Of a stretch of DNA of 56,024 nt, positions 26,169-35,875 are shown piece by piece. Position 1 is the first letter of the stretch; every line of letters starts with the position of its first letter. The stretch is from a virus (taxonomy: Duplodnaviria; Caudoviricetes): IMG/VR virus record IMGVR_UViG_3300013767_000202, positions 1 through 56,024 of that record; one strand, 5' to 3'. Both the position numbers and the translations under genes were made by a program. The notes under the pieces are model-generated. The model did not search any database. It was given only the letters and a program-made list of their open reading frames with translations, and was not told the origin of the DNA.

Positions 26169-26860
26169 TCTATCCAGGCGTATTGAACGCAGTTGTTTCG
26201 GCCCTTGCTGCCGAAGCTATTGACAACACCAGCAAGCAGGCGTGGCAGAAGCTGTACAACTCTGCCGACGAGGAAGAGGGCGGAGATCTGGCAACACTGG
26301 TTCGCTCCCGCGGCGCCGAAACCATCGACCGCACCCAAGTGGACTGCTGGGTATCCGCCAGACTGCACCATGGCCTCGATCCGAAGCACTGGGATGCTCT
26401 GGTGGCGAAGTACAGCACCCATAGGGGGCGTAAGGTGCAGGCTATCGCAGCATTGCAGACCCTGATCAAAACCCCGGCACCGAAGCTGTTCCTGTTCAAA
26501 GCGACCACTGCCTGGGCTATCCCGCAGCTCAAGGGTGCACGGCCGAAGGTGGCGACGTCCGTGTCGATCGAGATTCCGCTCGATGCTCCGGCATGGCGCC
26601 GCGAATCGATGGTGAAGGCGGCAGTGGCGGCCGGCCAGGCCAAAGCGAAGAAAGACGAATCTCGGTCCGCCGACATGATTGTCCTGAAGGACAGCTTCTA
26701 CGACATGAACACCTGGGATAACGACGGCACGCCGGAGTCGACACGGCGCCGCTGGCGGCAGGATATCGGCCGCGCCGCTGACGACCTAGTCAATGAGGCG
26801 CTGGCCCATGCCGGCGAGATTCTGGAGGCTGAAGGATTGCTGATTGAGCGAGCTGCGTGA
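26165..26860 (+). CDS. Putative late antiterminator (Q position)
   Basis: Position between ninG and late promoter/terminator; C-terminal PESTRRRW HTH-like segment. Confidence 0.6.
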   Translation: MIYPGVLNAVVSALAAEAIDNTSKQAWQKLYNSADEEEGGDLATLVRSRGAETIDRTQVDCWVSARLHHGLDPKHWDALVAKYSTHRGRKVQAIAALQTLIKTPAPKLFLFKATTAWAIPQLKGARPKVATSVSIEIPLDAPAWRRESMVKAAVAAGQAKAKKDESRSADMIVLKDSFYDMNTWDNDGTPESTRRRWRQDIGRAADDLVNEALAHAGEILEAEGLLIERAA

Positions 26861-26867
26861 TTGTCTG

Positions 26868-26964
26868 TTGACATCAGTTAGCAGATGAGCGAAATTATCC
26901 CCATCCTGTCATTCCTGCGTGTGTAGGACTGACAAACGAAACCCGGCCAAGCGCCGGGTTTTTT
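26868..26964 (+). promoter_or_regulatory. pR'-like late promoter and tR' terminator
   Basis: TTGACA at 26868 (-10 weak); AAACCCGGC-caagc-GCCGGGTTTTTT at 26939-26964. Confidence 0.55.
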
Positions 26965-26988
26965 CATGGGCAATGTTTAACCCGGCAC

Positions 26989-27074
26989 CTGCACACTGGT
27001 ATGATTGCGACATGAGCAGGATCACGACCTGCCAACCCGCTTCGGGGGACTCGGTTCGATCCCGGCTACGCAGC
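26989..27074 (+). pseudogene. Degenerate tRNA-like element
   Basis: 5-bp GCAGG/CCTGC stem with 7-nt loop, long variable arm, GGTTCGATCC T-loop; acceptor stem only 5/7 paired, D arm poor. Confidence 0.35.
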
Positions 27075-27181
27075 CTTCCTTGATAGCGATCCTTTTTTTG
27101 ACGATGGTTATTTTGACCGCACTTTCAAGCTTCATTGGATCGCTGACCGCAACAGCTCAATTTGCGGGCAAGGAGTTACAG

Positions 27182-27292
27182 ATGATCAAAAAATCGATAG
27201 CAGTACTCGTTAACGCAACATTTTTATCAACCGTCGCCGTCCTGGCGGGGTGCGTAGCAAACGGCAAAGTCCCTGATTTATCCGAGGTATAA
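27182..27292 (+). CDS. Small lipoprotein moron (36 aa)
   Basis: AAGGAG RBS, LAGC lipobox, own terminator 27301-27328. Confidence 0.55.
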   Translation: MIKKSIAVLVNATFLSTVAVLAGCVANGKVPDLSEV

Positions 27293-27386
27293 CCTCTCGA
27301 AACAGCCCTGCAGATGCGGGGCTGTTTTGTTTTCACCACATGAAGCCCCGGCATTTGTCGGGGCTTTTTCGTTTCCGGAGTATCAA

Positions 27387-27698
27387 ATGGCTGAACCAGC
27401 ATCTACAGCTGCGGCTGCGCTTGTTGCGAAGTACGGCGTAGCTGTGGCTGGTTTCGCAGGCGCCTGTGTATCGCTGACCCTGTTACAGGGGCTGACACGC
27501 AAGCAAGCATTCTGGGCGGTGGCTACCGGCTTCCTGTCCGCAATCTTTACCACCCCCTTGGCCGTTCACCAGTTCGGCCTTCCGCCAGACAGTGACACCC
27601 AGAACGGTGTCGCCTTCCTGATTGGCCTATTGGCGATGAACATCATCCCAGGCCTGAAGTCGCTGGCGGGGCGGTTCGGCGTTACCGGAGGTGCTTGA
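27387..27698 (+). CDS. Putative holin
   Basis: 103 aa with about 3 TM segments, first late gene. Confidence 0.7.
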   Translation: MAEPASTAAAALVAKYGVAVAGFAGACVSLTLLQGLTRKQAFWAVATGFLSAIFTTPLAVHQFGLPPDSDTQNGVAFLIGLLAMNIIPGLKSLAGRFGVTGGA

Positions 27699-27700
27699 TC

Positions 27701-27961
27701 ATGAATCCTATTTTGGGAGTCGTAGACGCATTTCTGTGCGTGCTGGTCGTGATAGCAGCGGTCGATTACCTGCGCCGCGTCCGACCGATCGAGCAGCCCA
27801 TGCTCAGCATCTCGTTCTATCTGGTGGCCATTGGCGCGTTCGGTGATTTCGCCGCGGCGCTCCAGGGTCACTACGTGAGCCCGTTCACCGTGATGATCCA
27901 TGCCGGAGTGGTGGCGTATGCCTGGGTTCGGCGTGGGCATGTGTTTGAAGTAGCGGGGTAG
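27701..27961 (+). CDS. Second holin/antiholin-like membrane protein
   Basis: 86 aa with 3 hydrophobic segments. Confidence 0.6.
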   Translation: MNPILGVVDAFLCVLVVIAAVDYLRRVRPIEQPMLSISFYLVAIGAFGDFAAALQGHYVSPFTVMIHAGVVAYAWVRRGHVFEVAG

Positions 27962-28013
27962 GTCGCGACACGTTTCGCGAATAAGCAAACTGTGTCGCGA
28001 AACAGGAGAAAAC

Positions 28014-28484
28014 ATGACGACCATTGCCTACAAGGACGGCGTTATCGCCTTCGACTCTCGCCAGACCCGGAACGATCGCATCGTTTCTGACGATTGCCAG
28101 AAGTTCCAGGTTGTCGATGGGGTCAGCTTCTTCCTGTCTGGCGCCGTATGTGATGAGAAAGCCTTGATCGCCGCCTACTTCGGCACGCCGTCGTCAGTTC
28201 CTGTGGAGTGCTCTGGATATGTCGTCGACAGCGGCAAGCTGCTGATGGTCGGCCATGACGACAAGACTGGAATCTGGAAACAAGAACTCGACTTGTCCAA
28301 CCCCGACGCCATTGGCAGTGGCACCCCATATGCCCTGGCTGCAATGGATATGGGTGCAAGTGCTGAGGAAGCGGTGCGTGCTGCAATGAAGCGGGATATA
28401 TACACGGGCGGCAAGATTCGCACGGTGATCATCAACGAGGGGATGGCTGATGCAAAGACCAATGCCCCCAGCGTCACTGCTTGA
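28014..28484 (+). CDS. Proteasome-beta/HslV-like Ntn hydrolase
   Basis: N-terminal MTTIAYKDGVIAFDS; AIGSG..YALAAM; AMKRDIYTGG. Confidence 0.75.
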   Translation: MTTIAYKDGVIAFDSRQTRNDRIVSDDCQKFQVVDGVSFFLSGAVCDEKALIAAYFGTPSSVPVECSGYVVDSGKLLMVGHDDKTGIWKQELDLSNPDAIGSGTPYALAAMDMGASAEEAVRAAMKRDIYTGGKIRTVIINEGMADAKTNAPSVTA

Positions 28485-29073
28485 ACTGTCCGACATGTCG
28501 GACTTCGGCATCCGCCTGACCCCAGCGCCCGAGGTTTGGGAATGGCTCCAGGCCGAGATCCTTTCCGACACCGGCAGCATCCACAACGAAGAACACGCCC
28601 ATCTGATCGATGCGGACATTCGTGTGATGTGGGCGTCTTCTGCCTTCACGAAGAAGGGGCGCACGGTGGTGGGCCAGGCCGAACAGGTCGCGTTTCGCGC
28701 TGGTGGTTGGCAGAAAGCCCGGATGGAGCAGCAGATGCGTGATTGGTTCGGCGACGTGCCGGCCTACATCATCACTCTGGCTGCTGACTACTGCGCCCAG
28801 TGCTCCCACGCTGACTTCTGCGCGCTGGTCGAGCATGAGCTGTATCACATCGCCCAGGCGACCGATAAGTACGGCCAGCCAGCATTCACCCAGGAAGGCC
28901 TGCCCAAGCTGGAGATGCGCGGACACGACGTTGAAGAGTTCGTCGGTGTCGTCCGCCGCTACGGCGCGAGCCCGGCTGTCCAGGAGCTGGTGGACGCTGC
29001 AAACAATCCTGCCGAGGTGGGGAAAATGAACATTGCGAGGGCCTGCGGAACCTGCCTACTCAAGTCGGCCTGA
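28450..29073 (+). CDS. Putative phage metallopeptidase
   Basis: LVEHELYH, HDVEEFVGVVRRYG. Confidence 0.8.
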   Translation: MQRPMPPASLLELSDMSDFGIRLTPAPEVWEWLQAEILSDTGSIHNEEHAHLIDADIRVMWASSAFTKKGRTVVGQAEQVAFRAGGWQKARMEQQMRDWFGDVPAYIITLAADYCAQCSHADFCALVEHELYHIAQATDKYGQPAFTQEGLPKLEMRGHDVEEFVGVVRRYGASPAVQELVDAANNPAEVGKMNIARACGTCLLKSA

Positions 29074-29104
29074 TTTTTGACAGGTTTTGACGGATGACAA
29101 ACCC

Positions 29105-29566
29105 ATGGCAGCACTACGAAGCGAGGTCAAAGCCTTCATTGTTCAGGCTCTGGCCTGCTTCGATTCACCCAGTCAGGTGGTGGAGGCCGTCAAGAAGGAA
29201 TTTGGGGTCGAGGTGAGTCGCCAGCAGTGCGAGTCGCATGACCCCACCAAGTATGCAGGCAGGGGCCTGGCCCAAAAGTGGGCTGACCTGTTCCATGAGT
29301 GCCGCAAGCGCTTTCGTGAAGAGACTGCTGACATTCCAATCGCCAACCGCGCCTATCGCCTCCGCGGCCTGGCCAGGATGGCCGAGAAGGCCGAGAACAT
29401 GCGCAACCTGGCCCTGACCGCCCAGCTTTACGAGCAGGCCGCCAAGGAGTGCGGGGATATGTACGTCAACCGGGCCCGCAAGGAAGAGCCGGACGACGAG
29501 CCGCTGATCCCGACCCGCATCCAGGTCGACGTGGTGGATGCGAGGAAGCCGAATGCCGAGCCTTAA
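29105..29566 (+). CDS. Terminase small subunit (DUF2280-like)
   Basis: KAFIVQALACFDSPSQV, IPIANRAYRL, QAAKECG; upstream of TerL. Confidence 0.8.
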   Translation: MAALRSEVKAFIVQALACFDSPSQVVEAVKKEFGVEVSRQQCESHDPTKYAGRGLAQKWADLFHECRKRFREETADIPIANRAYRLRGLARMAEKAENMRNLALTAQLYEQAAKECGDMYVNRARKEEPDDEPLIPTRIQVDVVDARKPNAEP

Positions 29567-30854
29567 CATTCCCCAGGCTCAGTTCCTCACGCTGCCCCAC
29601 AAGTTCCGCGCCTTCGTTGCCGGCTTCGGCTCCGGGAAGACCTGGGTAGGTTGCTCCGCGCTGAGCAAGCACTTCATGGAGTGGCCCGGCGTCAATGCTG
29701 GCTACTTCGCGCCAACCTATCCGCAGATCAGGGATATCTTCTATCCGACCATGGATGAGGTGGCCTATGACTGGGGACTGAAGACCAAGATCAACCAGGC
29801 GAACCATGAGGTTCACATCTACAGCGGTCGGCAATGCCGCGGCACTGTGATCTGCCGGTCAATGGAGAAGCCCCAGACCATCGTCGGCTTCAAGATCGGC
29901 CATGCTCTGGTGGACGAGCTGGACGTGCTGACGTCGATCAAGGCGCAGCAGGCCTGGCGCAAGATCATTGCCCGGATGCGCTACAACTTGCCGGGCCTGA
30001 AGAACGGGGTAGACGTCACCACAACGCCTGAGGGCTTCAAGTTCGTCTTCCAGCAGTTCGTGAAGCAATTGCGCGACAAGCCGGCGCTCAAGGAGATGTA
30101 TGGCCTGGTCCAGGCCAGCACCTTCGACAACGAGCTGAACCTGCCCGACGACTACATTCCGTCGCTGATGGAGTCGTACCCCGAGCAGCTGATCAGGGCC
30201 TACTTGAATGGCCAGTTCGTCAACCTGACCTCGGGCTCGATCTACCACGCCTACGACCGCAAGCTGAACCAGTGCTTCGACACGGTCCAGGCTGGCGAGC
30301 CCTTGTTTATCGGGATGGATTTCAACGTCGGCAAGATGGCGGCTATTACCCATGTTAAACGCGACCAGGGGCTGCCCAGGGCGGTCGATGAGCTGATCGA
30401 TGGCTACGACACGCCTGACATGATCCGCCGCATCAAGGAGCGCTACTGGCAGCACGACGGCAACGACTTCAAGAAGACGTGCGAGATCAGGATCTACCCG
30501 GACGCCTCGGGCGACTCGCGCAAGTCGGTCAACGCCAGCATGACGGACATCGCCATGCTCAAACAGGCCGGTTTCTCTGTCATTGCGCCGGCGGCCAACC
30601 CGCCAGTAAAGGACCGGATCAACGCCATGAACGCCATGTTCTGCAATGCCCAGGGCGAGAGGCGTTATCTGGTGAACCCGTTTACCTGCCCGACCTACGC
30701 CGACGGCCTGGAACAGCAGGTGTGGGCGTCCAATGGTGAGCCCGACAAGTCACAAGGAAACGACCACGCCAACGATGGCGGCGGTTACTTCATCCACCGC
30801 GAGTACCCGATCATCAAACCGGTCACCGCTATCAAAATGGGATACGCCCGATGA
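29553..30854 (+). CDS. Terminase large subunit
   Basis: AGFGSGKT Walker A, LVDE Walker B, TTTPEG, GMDFN, DHANDG. Confidence 0.92.
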   Translation: MPSLNIPQAQFLTLPHKFRAFVAGFGSGKTWVGCSALSKHFMEWPGVNAGYFAPTYPQIRDIFYPTMDEVAYDWGLKTKINQANHEVHIYSGRQCRGTVICRSMEKPQTIVGFKIGHALVDELDVLTSIKAQQAWRKIIARMRYNLPGLKNGVDVTTTPEGFKFVFQQFVKQLRDKPALKEMYGLVQASTFDNELNLPDDYIPSLMESYPEQLIRAYLNGQFVNLTSGSIYHAYDRKLNQCFDTVQAGEPLFIGMDFNVGKMAAITHVKRDQGLPRAVDELIDGYDTPDMIRRIKERYWQHDGNDFKKTCEIRIYPDASGDSRKSVNASMTDIAMLKQAGFSVIAPAANPPVKDRINAMNAMFCNAQGERRYLVNPFTCPTYADGLEQQVWASNGEPDKSQGNDHANDGGGYFIHREYPIIKPVTAIKMGYAR

Positions 30855-32269
30855 GCAACGACGTCTCCTTCAAACGGGCGGACTACATCGAGGCCCTGGG
30901 CCGATGGGCAACAGTGCGCGATGTGTGTGCCGGCCAGCACAGGGTTGTCGATCGGCTGCCGTACATCAACGCACACGACAAGTCGCCGGAGAACCAGGAC
31001 CGGAACAGGGCCTACCGCGAGCGAGCAGTGTTCAAGAACGCCACCGGGCACACCCGAAATGGGTTGCTGGGCCTGGCGTTTCACAAAGACCCGACACTGG
31101 TGGTATCGAAGAAGCTGGAGTACCTGCAGGACAACGCCAACGGCTCCGGCGTGAGCATCTACCAGCACTCCCAGGGCACGCTTGAGAAGGTGCTGGAGGC
31201 TGGTCGGCATGGCCTCTATGTCGACTATCACCAGGACGATGGCATAGGCGGCCACTCCGTGATCCTGTCCTACTGTGCTGAAGACATCATCAACTGGCGC
31301 ACCGGGATGGTGAATGGCCATAGTGTGTTGACCCTGGTGGTGCTGCGAGAGGCGCCGGAGGAGGAAGACGGCTTCGGCTTCAAGGTGATTGAGCAGTATC
31401 GAGAGCTGGCATTGGAGACCGATGGCTTCGTCTGTCGGGTCTGGCGGCGATCTGGACCGAAAGGCGGCGGCCCGCTGGCGATCGTTGAGGAGTTCAGGCC
31501 TGAAGGCGGCGCCGGGCGCCTCAAAGAGATTCCGTTCACTTTTGTCGGCGCCCAGAACAACGACCCGACCATTGATGAGTCGCCGCTCTACGACATCGCC
31601 ATGATCAACCTGGGCCACTACCGGAACAGCGCCGACTATGAAGACAGCGTCTTCTGGTGCGGCCAGGCCCAGCCGTGGATCTCCGGCTTGGATGAGCAGT
31701 GGCGCGACTGGATGGAGAAAAACGGAGTCTATGTCGGCTCCAGGGCGCCGATGATGCTGCCTGCTGGTGGTTCCTTCGGGTATGCGCAGCCCTTGCCCAA
31801 TACGCTGGTCAAGGAGGCCATGGCCGACAAGAACCAGATGATGATCGAGCTGGGCGCTCGCATGGTCGTGGCGTCTCTGTCGTCAAAGACCGCAACCGAG
31901 GCCCGCGGCGATCAGTCTGCATCGACTTCGGTCCTCGCCGGATGTGTGGCCAACGTCAGTGAGGCCTACACCAGGGCGCTCATGTGGTGCTGTTCCTACA
32001 TGGGCATCACTGACAAGAAGGTCGCCTACCAGGTCAACCAAGAGTTCGTGGAGCTGACAGCGGATCCGCAGATGATCACCGCGCTCGTCGGGCTCTGGCA
32101 GAACGGTGGGTTCGCGAAGGCTGACCTGCGGGCCTACCTGCGCAAGCTGGGGCTGATCGCTCCTGAACGCACGGACCAGCAGATCGATGGCGAGCTGCAG
32201 GAGCAGGGCGACGGCCTGGGCCTGGACGACGAGGACGAACCAAATGGCGGCAAACCAAGCAATCCTTGA
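30851..32269 (+). CDS. Portal protein (DUF4055-like)
   Basis: 472 aa after TerL; YRERAVF.N, IPF.FVG, HYRNSADYE. Confidence 0.85.
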   Translation: MSNDVSFKRADYIEALGRWATVRDVCAGQHRVVDRLPYINAHDKSPENQDRNRAYRERAVFKNATGHTRNGLLGLAFHKDPTLVVSKKLEYLQDNANGSGVSIYQHSQGTLEKVLEAGRHGLYVDYHQDDGIGGHSVILSYCAEDIINWRTGMVNGHSVLTLVVLREAPEEEDGFGFKVIEQYRELALETDGFVCRVWRRSGPKGGGPLAIVEEFRPEGGAGRLKEIPFTFVGAQNNDPTIDESPLYDIAMINLGHYRNSADYEDSVFWCGQAQPWISGLDEQWRDWMEKNGVYVGSRAPMMLPAGGSFGYAQPLPNTLVKEAMADKNQMMIELGARMVVASLSSKTATEARGDQSASTSVLAGCVANVSEAYTRALMWCCSYMGITDKKVAYQVNQEFVELTADPQMITALVGLWQNGGFAKADLRAYLRKLGLIAPERTDQQIDGELQEQGDGLGLDDEDEPNGGKPSNP

Positions 32270-33335
32270 CGCCACGATCCGGCATGCGGTCTTTCTCGAG
32301 AAACTGAAGGCGGGGGAGGTGAGCAAGTTCGCCCCCTTCCTCAAGGAGATTGATCGCTCGATCCGGGATCGGCTCACCCGGTCGGACCTGACTGAGTACA
32401 ACGTCAAGCGCCTGGAAGCGCTGCTGAAGGAGGTCGACAGCCTGCTGCTGGGCATCTTTGACCGGTACAGCACGCAACTGAACCTCGACCTGGTCGACAT
32501 CGCCAACTATGAGGCTGAGTTCGAAGCCGCCAGCCTTGCCCGGTCCGCGCCGGTTGGCGTATCGCTGGATGTGGCGGCGCCCACTGTTGCCGCTGTTCGC
32601 ACTGCGGTCCTGACAAACCCGCTCAGCGTGCGCGGCACCGGTGGCGGGAAGCTGCTGAAGGCCTTCATCAAGGGCTGGACCACTGCCGAGCGCGAGCGCG
32701 TTACAGGCACGATCCGGCAGGGCTACTTCGAAGGGCAGACGAACTTCCAGATTATCCGAAACATCCGCGGTACCAAGGCGGCCGGCTACAAGGACGGCGT
32801 CCTGGCCACAACCAGCCGCAATGCCAGCACTGTCGTGCACACTGCGATTCAGCATGTGTCGTCCCAGGCTCGCATGGAGGTGGCCAAGGCCAACACGGAC
32901 ATCGTGTCCGAGGTTGAGATGGTCGCCACGCTGGACAGCAAGACCAGCCAGACCTGCCGATCGATGGATAAGCGACGGTTTCCGGTCGACTCCGGGCCCC
33001 GGCCACCGTTCCACCCGAACTGCCGGACGACCTTTGTGCTCATCACCAAGCTCAGTGCGGTTTTCGCCAAGGGTGCTACCCGGGCCTCTGTCGGTGATGG
33101 CGGGCCCCAGCAGGTCAGTGCAAGCCTGGACTACTACCAGTGGCTTCAGCAGCAGCCTGCGGCGTTTCAGGACGTGGCAGTCGGTCCTGTTCGGGGCAAG
33201 TTGTTTCGGGAGGGTGGGTTGACCGTGGAGCGGTTCGCAGAGCTGCAGCTTGATCGCAACTTCGCGCCGCTGACCCTGGCTCAGATGAAGAGTTTGGAGC
33301 CGCTGGCCTTTGAGCGTGCCGGTATCAATAGATAA
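32244..33335 (+). CDS. Minor head protein (SPP1 gp7/Mu F)
   Basis: ATLDSKTS..CR..D, PPFHPNCRT. Confidence 0.85.
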   Translation: MAANQAILDATIRHAVFLEKLKAGEVSKFAPFLKEIDRSIRDRLTRSDLTEYNVKRLEALLKEVDSLLLGIFDRYSTQLNLDLVDIANYEAEFEAASLARSAPVGVSLDVAAPTVAAVRTAVLTNPLSVRGTGGGKLLKAFIKGWTTAERERVTGTIRQGYFEGQTNFQIIRNIRGTKAAGYKDGVLATTSRNASTVVHTAIQHVSSQARMEVAKANTDIVSEVEMVATLDSKTSQTCRSMDKRRFPVDSGPRPPFHPNCRTTFVLITKLSAVFAKGATRASVGDGGPQQVSASLDYYQWLQQQPAAFQDVAVGPVRGKLFREGGLTVERFAELQLDRNFAPLTLAQMKSLEPLAFERAGINR

Positions 33336-33452
33336 ATCCGCGCCACAAAAAAGCGAGACACGAAAACGTGGCGCGCAAATCTGGAGCCTCGGTAAAGCCG
33401 GGGCTTTTTTATGTCCGCCAGGCGGACCAATCAATCCCCAGGGGATAGCACC

Positions 33453-34217
33453 ATGCCTTTTGATTTCGATCCGGCCGCCCACGGCCTAAACCTCGATGAA
33501 ACCCAGGTTGCCGCACTGAAAACCGCTCTCGGCGGTGAGGTGCAGAAGTACCTAGATGGCGAGGTGACCGGCCTCAAGTCCAAGAATCAGGAGCTTATCG
33601 GCTCCAACAAGACCATCAAGACCGAACTGGACAAGCTGAAAGGTCAGTTCGATGGCCTGGATATCGAGGCGGTAAGGGGGCTGCTGGCCAGGGCCGGCCA
33701 GGACGAGGAAACCAAGCTGCTCACTGAAGGCAAGGTGGACGAAGTCTTCAACCGTCGCACCGAGCGCTTGCGTGGCGACTACGACAAGCAACTGAAGACT
33801 GTTACCGCACGGGCCGAGAAGGCCGAAGCATTTGCCGCCAAGTTCCAGGGCAAGGTCCTGGGTGATTCTGTACGCGGTGCAGCGCTGAAGGCCGGCGCAC
33901 TCCCTGAAGCAACCGACGACATCATCCTGCGCGCCAAAGGCGTGTTCACCCTGAACGAAGAGGGCGAAGCGGTTGCCGTTGATGAAGCTGGCGAGGTCAT
34001 CCTCGGCAAGGACGGCAAGACCCCTCTGACACCGCTCGAATGGGCGGAGTCTCTGCGCGAAAGCGCGCCTCACCTGTGGCCAAGGGCCTCAGGCACTCAA
34101 GCCCCGGGCGGGGGTAGCGGCCAGGCTGCATTCAAGCGCTCCGAAATGACCGCCGAGCAGAAGCGTGACTACCAGCGCAAGCACGGCCAAACCGCATATT
34201 TGCAACTGCCCAAGTAA
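33453..34217 (+). CDS. Capsid scaffolding protein
   Basis: GLKSKNQEL coiled coil, APHLWP.ASG; precedes major capsid. Confidence 0.75.
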   Translation: MPFDFDPAAHGLNLDETQVAALKTALGGEVQKYLDGEVTGLKSKNQELIGSNKTIKTELDKLKGQFDGLDIEAVRGLLARAGQDEETKLLTEGKVDEVFNRRTERLRGDYDKQLKTVTARAEKAEAFAAKFQGKVLGDSVRGAALKAGALPEATDDIILRAKGVFTLNEEGEAVAVDEAGEVILGKDGKTPLTPLEWAESLRESAPHLWPRASGTQAPGGGSGQAAFKRSEMTAEQKRDYQRKHGQTAYLQLPK

Positions 34218-34229
34218 GGGGATTCATCC

Positions 34230-35180
34230 ATGCCAACCACTGTTAACAGCGACCTGATCATCTACAACGATGAGGCGCAGACCGCATACCTGGAGCGTGT
34301 CCAGGACAACCTGGATGTGTTCAACGCATCGTCCAACGGCGCAATCGTCCTCGACAACGAGCTGATCGAAGGCGACTTCCGCAAGCGCGCCTTCTACAAG
34401 ATCGGCGGCTCGCTGGAACACCGCGACGTCAACTCCACCGGCAAGGTAACTGCCAAGAAGATCGGCGCCGGCGAAGCAGTGGGCGTTAAGGCGCCATGGA
34501 AGTACGGCCCGTACCAGACCACCGAAGAGGCGTTCAAGCGTCGCGGCCGTCCGGTGGACGAGTTCTCCCAGATCATCGGCGCCGACGTGGCTGACGCGAC
34601 TCTGGAAGGCTTCATCCAGTACGCCACTGCAGCCCTGCGGGCGTCGATTGGCTCCAACGCCGGGATGGTGGTCACTGCCAACATCGAAACCGACGGCAAA
34701 AAGACCCTGACGCGCGGCATGCGCAAGTTCGGTGACAAGTTCGGCCGCATTGCTCTGTGGGTCATGCACTCCAGTGCCTACTTCGACATCGTCGACGAGG
34801 CCATCACCAACAAGATCTACGAAGAAGCTGGCGTCGTGATCTACGGCGGCCTGCCGGGCACCCTCGGCAAGCCGGTACTGGTAACCGACACCGCGCCTGC
34901 GGACGTGATCTTCGGGCTGCTGCCGAATGCGGTGGTCATCACCGAGTCCCAGGCCCCGGGCTTCCGCTCGTACCCTGTGAACGATGAAGAGAACCTGGGC
35001 ATCGGCTACCGCGCTGAGGGCACCGTGAACATTGATGTTCTGGGCTACAGCTGGAAGGAGTCTGCTGGTGGCGCCAACCCAACACTGGCTGCGGTAGGTT
35101 CGGCAGCCAACTGGGCCAAGCATGCCGACAGCAACAAAGTCACCGCCGGCGTGATGATCACGCTGACCGCTAAGCCCTGA
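34230..35180 (+). CDS. Major capsid protein
   Basis: 316 aa after scaffold; WVMHS, TLGKPVLVTD. Confidence 0.85.
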   Translation: MPTTVNSDLIIYNDEAQTAYLERVQDNLDVFNASSNGAIVLDNELIEGDFRKRAFYKIGGSLEHRDVNSTGKVTAKKIGAGEAVGVKAPWKYGPYQTTEEAFKRRGRPVDEFSQIIGADVADATLEGFIQYATAALRASIGSNAGMVVTANIETDGKKTLTRGMRKFGDKFGRIALWVMHSSAYFDIVDEAITNKIYEEAGVVIYGGLPGTLGKPVLVTDTAPADVIFGLLPNAVVITESQAPGFRSYPVNDEENLGIGYRAEGTVNIDVLGYSWKESAGGANPTLAAVGSAANWAKHADSNKVTAGVMITLTAKP

Positions 35181-35225
35181 TAGCCATCCTGGAAGCGGTC
35201 AGCAATGGCCGCTACGGAGATTTCC

Positions 35226-35816
35226 ATGGAACTGATTTACACGAACCAGCTTGAAGGCTTCGATCCGGACAAGCGCTACCGGACCGCCAGCCTGTTTCGC
35301 GGTATCGAGCGCGATACGACGGCGGTGGTGGTCGTTGGCGACTATCCGGACATTGTCGCTGCCTATGAGGCAGCAGGTGTTGATGTTTCGGTCGTAGAGG
35401 CCCCAGCCGAACCTGTCCCAAGCGCCAAGGCGCCTGCATCTGGTGACCTGGCAGACCAAGCTGCAAAGCTGCGAGCTGAAAACGGCGCGGTCATTCTCCT
35501 GCTTGATAGTCTGGATGCTGGCGAAATCCAGCGACCCGAGTCTGGCGAGCTGGCGGCCCGTCTGTTTGAATCGCTGGGCATCATCCATGCCTCGGTCGGC
35601 GAATTGACCACTGAGCGTGATGGCTTGCTCCTGACTGTCGATGCGCTGCGCGGTGAGGTCGAAGCTCTGAAGAAGGTCGCACCTGCGCCGCCAGTTGACG
35701 AGGCTGGGGAAATTGCAGTGCTGAAGGCAACGCTTGACGAAGCGAAGGTGCAGTATCGGGCCAACGCCTCGAAAGAATCGCTTGAAAAGCTCATTGCCGA
35801 GCTGCCCAAGGCCTGA
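35226..35816 (+). CDS. Head-associated protein with C-terminal HeH/LEM-like motif
   Basis: Follows capsid; LKATLDEAKVQYRANASKESLEKL. Confidence 0.6.
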   Translation: MELIYTNQLEGFDPDKRYRTASLFRGIERDTTAVVVVGDYPDIVAAYEAAGVDVSVVEAPAEPVPSAKAPASGDLADQAAKLRAENGAVILLLDSLDAGEIQRPESGELAARLFESLGIIHASVGELTTERDGLLLTVDALRGEVEALKKVAPAPPVDEAGEIAVLKATLDEAKVQYRANASKESLEKLIAELPKA

Positions 35817-35875
35817 TACTGCTGGCTGCCGGTTACCTGGCAGCCAATTTTCAACCCATACCAGCGAGTTGACGC

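Noticed and set aside
32076-33482. Long antisense ORFs (also 40783-42192, 30785-31618, 34224-35123, 3130-3906)
   Set aside because: Shadow ORFs opposite well-supported genes, expected in high-GC coding DNA; no motifs.
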